Positions 57,027-64,000 of a stretch of 64,000 nucleotides of DNA are shown one piece after another. The translations under genes and the position numbers were made by a program. The stretch is taken from the NCBI GenBank assembly GCA_963703285.1, contig OY969807.1, positions 2,080,001-2,144,000 of the forward strand, read 5' to 3'. The number at the start of each line of letters is the position of its first letter. The stretch's first letter is position 1. The notes beneath the pieces are model-generated. The model did not search any database and was not told the DNA's origin. It saw only the letters and a program-made list of their open reading frames with translations. Origin of the DNA: an uncultured Nitrososphaerota archaeon. GTDB lineage: Archaea; Thermoproteota; Nitrososphaeria; Nitrososphaerales; Gagatemarchaeaceae.

Positions 57027-57587
57027 ATGTCTCTGGTGAACCGGAGGAGCGAATACACCTGGGGTGGGACGCAGCTGGTGGACCTGAGCCTGATTCCCGA
57101 GTCGAGGACGTACAAGGTCGACGAGTCCGTGAGGATCAACCTAGGCTTCAGAATAATCGGGGGGATGCGGGAGTCGTTCATCCCGGACGTCTGGACGGTC
57201 GCCTGGGAGGACAACGACAAGATGGTCAGGCTGACCATGGAGGCGGCCCTTCGGAGGGCCGGGGTGGGAGGGGGCAAGCTGGCCACCACGGGCAAGGAGG
57301 TCAGGAGGGCGAAGTTCTACTGGAGCCGCGACCCCGACCTTCCGTACAGGATATGGGCCGCGATCCTCCACGAAGACGGGAGCGCGCCCATCATCCCGGA
57401 GAGCGTCGAGGACGCGAAGTCGAAGTTCCTCGACGTGGTCAAGCTCTTCGAGATACCGGCCTCGTCCCTGGGGAGAGGGTCGCACAAGATCATAGGGTCG
57501 GTGGAAATCGGGTGGGGGCGGAGGAGCTACATGGAGAAGGGCTCAGGCTCGGGGAAGACGGCGCCGGTCGTGTTGAAGATTGAGTAA
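57027..57587 (+). CDS. Hypothetical protein
   Basis: TTTATAA box about 30 nt upstream; overlaps the osmC-like gene. Confidence 0.65.
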   Translation: MSLVNRRSEYTWGGTQLVDLSLIPESRTYKVDESVRINLGFRIIGGMRESFIPDVWTVAWEDNDKMVRLTMEAALRRAGVGGGKLATTGKEVRRAKFYWSRDPDLPYRIWAAILHEDGSAPIIPESVEDAKSKFLDVVKLFEIPASSLGRGSHKIIGSVEIGWGRRSYMEKGSGSGKTAPVVLKIE

Positions 57588-58008
57588 GCAAGCCTCGGAC
57601 GTGGTCGTCGAATGGGTGGACGGGTACACCTTCATCGGAACCGACGGGCCCGGCCACACGCTGGTCTTCGACGCTCCGGAGAAGGGCATCCCCCGAGGGA
57701 TGACCCCCATGAACGCTCTCCTCGCCTCCCTCGGCGCCTGCTCCGGGATGGACATCGTGGCCGTATTGGGGAAGAGGAAGCAGCACGCGACCTCTATCAG
57801 GGTACTGGTCAGCGGTGTCAGGCCGGAACTCGGCTACCCCAAGCCCTTCACATCCATCAGCGTGAAGTACGTCCTGACGGGCTCGGGGCTCGAGAGGAAG
57901 TACGTCGATGAGGCGGTGAGGGGAAGCATCGAGAAGTACTGCAGCGTGGCCGCGACGGTCAACGCCCGGGCGAAGATCGAGTTCAGCTACGAGATTGTTG
58001 AGGGTTAG
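57580..58008 (+). CDS. OsmC family protein
   Basis: TPMNALLASLGACSGMD, EKYCSV. Confidence 0.9.
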   Translation: MSKQASDVVVEWVDGYTFIGTDGPGHTLVFDAPEKGIPRGMTPMNALLASLGACSGMDIVAVLGKRKQHATSIRVLVSGVRPELGYPKPFTSISVKYVLTGSGLERKYVDEAVRGSIEKYCSVAATVNARAKIEFSYEIVEG

Positions 58009-59033
58009 ACCTTCAGCACGATCTTCCCGAAGTGCTCGCCCTTCTCCATCCTCACCTGAGCTTCGGCGGCGGCGCTCAGCGGGAACTCCCTGTCGACTAC
58101 GGGCCTGAGCCGCCTCTGCTTGAAGAGCTCGAGGACCCTGAGCAGCTCCCCCGCGCTCCCCATGAAGCTGCCGTAGACGGAGATCTCCTTGCTGTAGACG
58201 TACCTGAGGTCGGTCTCTGCGTCGAACCCGGTCGTGGCTCCGCAGGTCACGATGCGCCCGCCCTTCGCCACGGACTTGACGCTCTTGTCCCACGTCGCCT
58301 TCCCGACGTGCTCGACGACGACGTCCACACCCCTCCCCCCGGTGAACTTCTTCGCCTCGGTCACGATGTCCTGGGTGTTGTGGTTGATGACGCTGTCCGC
58401 CCCGAGCTCCACGGCCCTGCGGAGCTTGTCGTCGGTCCCAGCCGTGGCGATGACGTTCGCGCCGAACGCCTTGGCGATCTGGACGGCGGCCACCCCCACC
58501 CCTGAACCGGCCCCCAGGACGAGGACCGTCTCGCCCGGCTGGATAGCGGCCCTGCTGGCGAGCATGTGGTGCGCCGTGAGGAAGACCAGGGGCACCGAGG
58601 CGGCCTGCACGAAGTCCATCCTCTCCGGCTTCTGGATTACGTTCCTCCTCGGGACAGAGACGAGCTCGGCGTAGCCTCCGTCGAACTCGCTCCCGATTAT
58701 CCCGTAGTACCGGCACTGATTGTCCTTCCCCGAGAGGCACTTCTCGCACCTCCCACAGCCGACGCCGGGGTTCACTATGACCTCCGAACCCCTCTGCAGC
58801 TCCTTCTCCCCGGCCGGAGCCTCCTCCACGACCCCAGAGACGTCCGACCCGGATATGTGGGGCAGGCTGACCTTTGTCCGCGGAGGGCCCACCCTCTCCC
58901 AGATGTCCAGGTGGTTGAGCGCGCACGCCCTGACCCTCACCAGAACCTCCTCCGATTCGCGAACGGGATCGGGGGCGTCCTCGTAGACCAGGACCTCCGG
59001 ACCTCCGTACTGGTGGAAGCGGACCGCCTTCAT
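58005..59033 (-). CDS. Zinc-binding MDR dehydrogenase / quinone oxidoreductase
   Basis: GGPEVL, NHLD, CGRCEKC, GAGSGVG, HFGKIVL. Confidence 0.92.
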   Translation of the reverse strand: MKAVRFHQYGGPEVLVYEDAPDPVRESEEVLVRVRACALNHLDIWERVGPPRTKVSLPHISGSDVSGVVEEAPAGEKELQRGSEVIVNPGVGCGRCEKCLSGKDNQCRYYGIIGSEFDGGYAELVSVPRRNVIQKPERMDFVQAASVPLVFLTAHHMLASRAAIQPGETVLVLGAGSGVGVAAVQIAKAFGANVIATAGTDDKLRRAVELGADSVINHNTQDIVTEAKKFTGGRGVDVVVEHVGKATWDKSVKSVAKGGRIVTCGATTGFDAETDLRYVYSKEISVYGSFMGSAGELLRVLELFKQRRLRPVVDREFPLSAAAEAQVRMEKGEHFGKIVLKV

Positions 59034-59081
59034 GCTAGGTGTCCGCCTCCGCGCCCTTTATAGGGTATCGAGGGGCGCGCG

Positions 59082-59645
59082 CTACGCCTCCCGTGACCTG
59101 TTCCTCGAGACGAACAGGAGCCCGAGACCAAACCCGGTCAGGACGCCGAAGAGGTGGGCGAAGACGTTCACCCCGGGCCCCGAACTGTCGATGAAGATGA
59201 GGGTGGCGTAGAGCGCAGCCACCACCAACCCGATTCCCTTCCTCTCCATGGCCACGTACGCCCCGATCACGCCGAATATCGCGCCTGACGCGCCCCCGGT
59301 GGGTGCGTTAAGGGGTATGAGGAAGAGCGAGGCGATGTTCCCCACGAGCCCCGCGCCGAAGTACACGGCGAGGTACTGCCTCCTCGAGTAGCTGCCCTCG
59401 ACCACCGTCCCGAAGTAGACGAGCGCGAACATGTTGAGGAGGATGTGCAGGATGTCGAAGTGGACGAACATGGCCGTGAACGGCTGCCAGAAGAACCCGG
59501 CGAAGAACAGCTCGCCGGTCTGCGCCAGCAGGAGGACGGCGTCCTCGCCCCCGACCAGCGTCAGGATGAAGACCGCCACGTTGGCGACGACCAGGGCGAG
59601 GGTGATGGACTCCCTCAGACCGTACCCCCTCGGAAGGTAGCCCAT
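59082..59645 (-). CDS. Rhomboid intramembrane serine protease
   Basis: TAMFVH..HILLNM, GASGAIFG, AHLFG. Confidence 0.92.
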   Translation of the reverse strand: MGYLPRGYGLRESITLALVVANVAVFILTLVGGEDAVLLLAQTGELFFAGFFWQPFTAMFVHFDILHILLNMFALVYFGTVVEGSYSRRQYLAVYFGAGLVGNIASLFLIPLNAPTGGASGAIFGVIGAYVAMERKGIGLVVAALYATLIFIDSSGPGVNVFAHLFGVLTGFGLGLLFVSRNRSREA

Positions 59646-59773
59646 CCTTCGGCCGCGGCGGACCCTTGCTATTTAAAAGGCGACGGAACAGTTTCAGTCT
59701 ACCCACCCCGCCGCCTCCGCACGAGCGGTGTGTCATGGTTATATACAGAAAATCGACCTAATTCTAGTTTGGA

Positions 59774-60946
59774 ATGAGCCAGCGCCACTCGGTCCTCAGG
59801 AACGAGAGCGTGCTCGTCCCAGAGTTCATCCCGCTCTCCACCCCCCACAGGGAGGACCAGATGAAGGTGCTGGAGGCGTACTTCCGGGGCGTCGTCGAGC
59901 GCTCCGAGCAGATGAGCCAGACCGTTATGCTCTCAGGCCCGAACGGCGCGGGGAAGACGATGCTGGCTAAGAAGCTGGGCGCGACGCTCGAGAAGAACGC
60001 CCTGCTCTACGGCAACCGCGTCAAGTTCTTCCACGTGAACTGCCGGATCGACCGCTCGCTCCAGGCCATCCTGACAAAGTGCCTGCGCTTCCTCGGCCAC
60101 GGGTACCCGTCCAGGGGTTTCGGGTTCGAGGAGTTGCTCCAGACCTTCTCCGAGTCGCTGACCAGCGACAAGATACACCTGATCGTGGCCTTCGACGAGG
60201 TCGACTCCCTGGTCACCTCCGACCCCTCCTCGCTCTACACCATAACCCGGCTCCGCGAGATCTCCCAGGGCTCCCAGATCTTCTCCTCGCTCCTGATCTC
60301 GAAGACGCTCGACTACCTCAAGGCGGCCGACCTGAGCACGCTCAGCTCCCTCCAGTGGAACTCGATTTCCCTCGACCCGTACTCCTCGCAGCAGCTCTAC
60401 GACATCCTGTGCTCCCGCTCCCAGGACGCGTTCAACGACGGCTGCATGGAGGACGACTCACTCGAGCTGGCGGCCGAGATAGCGAGCACCTATGGGGACG
60501 CGCGCTACGCCCTCGACCTGATCTACAGAGCCGGCAGGATGGCCGACCTAGCCGACTCTCCGAGGGTTACGCCCGAACACGTGCGGCGCGCCAAGGCCTC
60601 GCTGCCTCCGCAGTTCAAGAAGGAGGAGCTGGTCTACCTCGGCGGGCACCAGAGGCTGATCCTCGTCTCGATCTCCAACCTGCTCAAGAAGAGCGGCTCG
60701 GCCTATATCACGATAGGCGAGGCGGAGAAGAGCTACGAGGCGCTCTGCGAGAGCATGGGGGTGGCGGCCAACCATCACACGCAGGTCTGGAACGACATCA
60801 ACGAGCTGTCGCGCAAGGGGATCATAGAGACCCAGATCTCCGGGAAGGGCGTGCGCGGAAGGACGACCCTCATCGGGCTCTCGCTCGTCTCGGCGGAGCA
60901 GTTGATAGACGAACTGAGGGGCATGGTCGCCGATGTTAGAAATTGA
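59774..60946 (+). CDS. cdc6: Orc1/Cdc6 replication initiator
   Basis: PHREDQ, GPNGAGKT, HVNC, FDEVD, GDARYALD, GVRGRTT winged helix. Confidence 0.92.
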   Translation: MSQRHSVLRNESVLVPEFIPLSTPHREDQMKVLEAYFRGVVERSEQMSQTVMLSGPNGAGKTMLAKKLGATLEKNALLYGNRVKFFHVNCRIDRSLQAILTKCLRFLGHGYPSRGFGFEELLQTFSESLTSDKIHLIVAFDEVDSLVTSDPSSLYTITRLREISQGSQIFSSLLISKTLDYLKAADLSTLSSLQWNSISLDPYSSQQLYDILCSRSQDAFNDGCMEDDSLELAAEIASTYGDARYALDLIYRAGRMADLADSPRVTPEHVRRAKASLPPQFKKEELVYLGGHQRLILVSISNLLKKSGSAYITIGEAEKSYEALCESMGVAANHHTQVWNDINELSRKGIIETQISGKGVRGRTTLIGLSLVSAEQLIDELRGMVADVRN

Positions 60947-61232
60947 GGACGTCTTCTCGTCCTACGGTCGAGTCAAGGTGATGGCCGTCATCATGGAAAG
61001 CAACGAGCTGAACATCTCCGAGATAACCAGGAGGTCAGGCATATCCCACTCGTCCGTCGAGGGGCACCTCGCGTTCCTCGTAAAGGAGGGCCTGGTCACC
61101 GAGAAGCGGTTCAACAGGATAAGGATATTCAAGGTGAACCCCTCGAGCCAGCGCGCCTCACTGCTGCAGCGCTTCCTGGTCGACTGGAGGTCCCTCTCCT
61201 CCGCCCAGGTGGCCGGGATGACCTTCAACTAG
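60933..61232 (+). CDS. ArsR-like winged-helix protein coupled to cdc6
   Basis: ELNISEITRRSGISHSSVEGHL...EKRFNRIRIF. Confidence 0.85.
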   Translation: MLEIEDVFSSYGRVKVMAVIMESNELNISEITRRSGISHSSVEGHLAFLVKEGLVTEKRFNRIRIFKVNPSSQRASLLQRFLVDWRSLSSAQVAGMTFN

Positions 61233-61572
61233 CCAGTGTCTCGGAGAGCGCCCTGACGTAGTCTGCATAGACGCCCTTCTCCGGGCCGTGGTCGGCGCAC
61301 AGGCACATCGAGGAGACCCTCCGCCTGTCGCAGACCTCGACGTACGGGCACCCTCCGCAGGATTCCTTCCCGCAGACGAAGCAGCGAAGGGTCAGCTCGA
61401 CCTCCTCGCCGGTCGCCAATCTTATGGCCCTGACCGCGGCATCCAGGTCCGTCCCGGGCTCTATCCTGAAGCCGAGCGCCCTGTCGTACTTCACTCCCTG
61501 CCTCATGAGGAAGAGGAACTCCTCCCTCCCGAGCCTGGGGAGAGTGAACCACCCCCCGACGAGGACCTTCAC
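61225..61572 (-). CDS. Cys-rich hypothetical protein
   Basis: CFVC..CGGCPY..C...CLC..H; coupled to rfcL by a 4-bp overlap. Confidence 0.7.
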   Translation of the reverse strand: MKVLVGGWFTLPRLGREEFLFLMRQGVKYDRALGFRIEPGTDLDAAVRAIRLATGEEVELTLRCFVCGKESCGGCPYVEVCDRRRVSSMCLCADHGPEKGVYADYVRALSETLAS

Positions 61573-62744
61573 CGGCCCGCCTCCTTCTGGAGGAACTTCT
61601 CAAAGGATTCGTCCAGGTCGAGGTCGCGCTCCAGCCGCTCCCTGAAGTCCTTCGAGGAGCACAGGGCGAAGAGGTACGGGAGGTCCTCCGTCAGCGCGCT
61701 CGCGCCGCTGGTCGAGGTGTGCCTCGCGTACCTCAGCGCGAGCTCCTTGATCTTCCTCGAGTCGTTCCAGATCCTTACGAGCAGGGGGAACGGGAGGTCC
61801 TCCGAGACGCGCCTCACGTTCTGTCCCTTCAAGACCGGGAAGAGCTCCTGGGAGAGCATGGCGTCGAGGTAGCGGAGCAGCCTCCAATCGCGGGAGGCCC
61901 CTATCTCCCCCATTATCACGTCGGCCCTCGAGAGGACCTCCAGGGCGGCAGCCGTCTTCTCCGGCGTGAGGTTCGCCTTCACGATGCACGTTAGAATCTC
62001 GCGCAGCTTCTCGACGGGAGGAAGGTCGACGCTCCTCAGCGCCACCAGCGCCGACTCGGGGTCGGGCGCGTCGAAGAAGGCGTTCAGACCCTGGGCCACC
62101 GAGGGTGTCACGTCCTTGAACGACGACTCGCCGGTCTCGCCCCCGCTCTGCATCAGGTTGATCGCGTGCCTGAGGTCCCCGCCAGCGCGCCTGACGTAGC
62201 TCTGGAACGACCCCGGCGAGACCTCGAGGCCCTCCGCCTCTGCAATCATCCTCATGTACATCTCGACCTCCCGAGGTGGCGGGGGCCTGAACCTGACGGT
62301 GACGCAGGACGAACCGAGCTTCCTTATTTCGTCGGCGTCTTCGTCGTTCGCGGCCATAATGATCGGGTTTTCCGACGCCTTGACGGCTTCCTTGATGAAC
62401 TCCACGCCCCCGTAGTCGGACCTCCCCAGCAGCCCGTCCACCTCGTCGAGGAAGATGAGGGACCTCCCCCCGAAGAGGTCGACCGTCTTCATCGCCTCGC
62501 CGATCTTCTTCTCGAGCTTGTCCTTCGTCCTAACGTCGCTCGCGTTGAGGTCGATCAGGCTCATCCCCGACTCCTTGGCCAGCAGGGAGACCATGGTCGT
62601 CTTCCCCGTCCCGGGTGGGCCGACCAGCAGCATCGCCTTCTTTCCTGGCTTCCACCCCTTCAGCCAGAGCCCTACGGCGATCCTAGCCTCCTCGTTCCCG
62701 ACCATCTCTGAGATTCTCTTCGGCCTGTACTTCTCGACCCACAT
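61569..62744 (-). CDS. rfcL: Replication factor C large subunit
   Basis: WVEKYRP, GPPGTGKTT, LNASDVR, LDEVDG, GDLRHAIN. Confidence 0.92.
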   Translation of the reverse strand: MWVEKYRPKRISEMVGNEEARIAVGLWLKGWKPGKKAMLLVGPPGTGKTTMVSLLAKESGMSLIDLNASDVRTKDKLEKKIGEAMKTVDLFGGRSLIFLDEVDGLLGRSDYGGVEFIKEAVKASENPIIMAANDEDADEIRKLGSSCVTVRFRPPPPREVEMYMRMIAEAEGLEVSPGSFQSYVRRAGGDLRHAINLMQSGGETGESSFKDVTPSVAQGLNAFFDAPDPESALVALRSVDLPPVEKLREILTCIVKANLTPEKTAAALEVLSRADVIMGEIGASRDWRLLRYLDAMLSQELFPVLKGQNVRRVSEDLPFPLLVRIWNDSRKIKELALRYARHTSTSGASALTEDLPYLFALCSSKDFRERLERDLDLDESFEKFLQKEAGR

Positions 62745-62745
62745 T

Positions 62746-63591
62746 CTAGAAGGCTCCGCCGATGAAGACGAGGAGGCCTATTAACATGCCCAGGAGCGCC
62801 TGCCTCTTGACCTTGAGGGCGCGCTCGGCCGTCGGCCTGCTCAGCGTCAGATAGGCGAGGTAGACGAAAATGACGTCGGGGATTATCACGCCGTATCGGT
62901 AGAACGTGCTGACGGTCAGGAGGAGGAGCGGCAGCAGGCTCGACACCACCGCAGCCAGGAAGAACGCCGCCCCCACCGCCGAAGCCGACTTCAACCCGTG
63001 CACCCTCGCGAAGGATCTTATGCCCCTCTTCTCGTCGCCTACCGTGTCCGCCATCGCCTTCACGATCTCCCTCCCGACGCCCGAGAGGAACGCTGTCCCG
63101 GCCATGAAGAGGAGAAGAGAGCTCGTGACGCTCCCGCCCGCCACGACCCCTCCGTAGATGAAGGGGATAGCGAGGGACGAGGCCACTATCAGGTTCCCGG
63201 AGATCCCGTACTTCTTGGCCCTGTAGTTGTAGAGCCAGGAGAGGAACGCGTAGAGTAGCGCCACCCCGACGGCGGCCCAATTCAGGAGTACGACGGACGC
63301 GACGACGCCCACCGCCAGCATCGCGAGGGCGAGCGTTACCGCCCACCGCCTGGTGGCCGCGCCGCTCGGCAGGGGCCGGTCGGGCTGGTTGAGCCTGTCA
63401 ACCTCGATGTCGTAGTAGTCGTTTATCACCATGGAGTAGGCGCAGATTGCGAACCCCGTGACGAAGCCCAGGGCCAGCGCGGCACCGTCTACGGACGCGG
63501 GCTTCGAGACGAACGCCCCGACGATCACTGCGAATCCTATCATCGCGCAGTTGACAGGTCTCAGGATCGTGAAGTAGGCCCGGAGGCTCAA
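62746..63591 (-). CDS. Digeranylgeranylglyceryl phosphate synthase (UbiA family)
   Basis: RPVNC, INDYYDIEVDRLNQPDRPLPSG, REIVKAMADTVGD. Confidence 0.9.
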   Translation of the reverse strand: MSLRAYFTILRPVNCAMIGFAVIVGAFVSKPASVDGAALALGFVTGFAICAYSMVINDYYDIEVDRLNQPDRPLPSGAATRRWAVTLALAMLAVGVVASVVLLNWAAVGVALLYAFLSWLYNYRAKKYGISGNLIVASSLAIPFIYGGVVAGGSVTSSLLLFMAGTAFLSGVGREIVKAMADTVGDEKRGIRSFARVHGLKSASAVGAAFFLAAVVSSLLPLLLLTVSTFYRYGVIIPDVIFVYLAYLTLSRPTAERALKVKRQALLGMLIGLLVFIGGAF

Positions 63592-63599
63592 GTGTCACA

Positions 63600-64000
63600 C
63601 TACTTGTGGAAGCTCGCCCTGCTGACCTTGTAGTAGATTACCTCTCCCCTCCGCTCGATCACGGCGACTATCGCCTCCTTCCCCATCTTCACTATCTGCC
63701 GCACCGACTCGCTCAGGGCCTCGACCTCGGTCTCGGTACCTTCGTCGAGGGCGAAGACGACGAACCTCGCCGCCTTGTCCGGGAAGTCTCCCCTCTCGTA
63801 GACCCGCAGGTCGGTCCCGAAACCGAACCCGTCCTTCACTATGTATCCCCTCGACCTGAGGTCCCTGAAGATGATGAACTTGGTCCAGGCGTCTTTGGCG
63901 CGCGCCTGGCACATCTCCGCCAGGCGGTCGAAGGTCACCCGCCTCCCTCGCTCGTCTTCGATGCTCAGCCGGTCGGTGAAGATGAGGTAGAGCGCCTCGT
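63600..64000 (-). CDS. endA: tRNA-intron endonuclease (5' end beyond the window)
   Basis: EALYL...FRDLRSRGYIVKDGFGFGTDLRVY...VIYYKV. Confidence 0.88.
   Translation of the reverse strand, partial: EALYLIFTDRLSIEDERGRRVTFDRLAEMCQARAKDAWTKFIIFRDLRSRGYIVKDGFGFGTDLRVYERGDFPDKAARFVVFALDEGTETEVEALSESVRQIVKMGKEAIVAVIERRGEVIYYKVSRASFHK

Noticed and set aside
1-64000. tRNA or rRNA genes, integrase, proviral genes
   Set aside because: None recognised by eye; tRNAscan-SE/Infernal would be needed to exclude small RNAs.

Overview
GC-rich archaeal chromosomal segment. Archaeal markers are cdc6/orc1, RFC large subunit, DGGGP synthase, tRNA-intron endonuclease and PAC2. Many genes look leaderless, with TTG/GTG starts about 30 nt after a TATA box. 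A heterotrophic, probably acid-dwelling non-ammonia-oxidising Nitrososphaerota-like host is an inference, not shown. The left ~45 kb is accessory/metabolic: gcvPA, an mmsA plus class III aminotransferase pair, a Tat-exported PaoABC-like molybdo-flavoenzyme, a Tat-exported gluconate-dehydrogenase-like GMC pair, transporters and regulators. The right end is core genome with one TnpB-only insertion. Main leads: (1) a three-gene cassette (DUF5678-like small protein plus two retropepsin-fold proteins lacking the DTG motif) present in three diverged tandem copies, each behind a remnant of the paoB 3' end whose TTCATAA sits exactly 30 nt before the ATG; (2) a Soj-type ParA whose overlapping partner has a ParB-like N-terminal peptide, a disordered linker and a MinD-like C-terminal membrane helix; (3) a SelO-like kinase-fold protein paired with a GNAT; (4) a TnpB flanked by imperfect inverted repeats; (5) a stand-alone MIT domain; (6) several apparent pseudoenzymes. 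All family calls are by-eye motif recognition; no searches were run.
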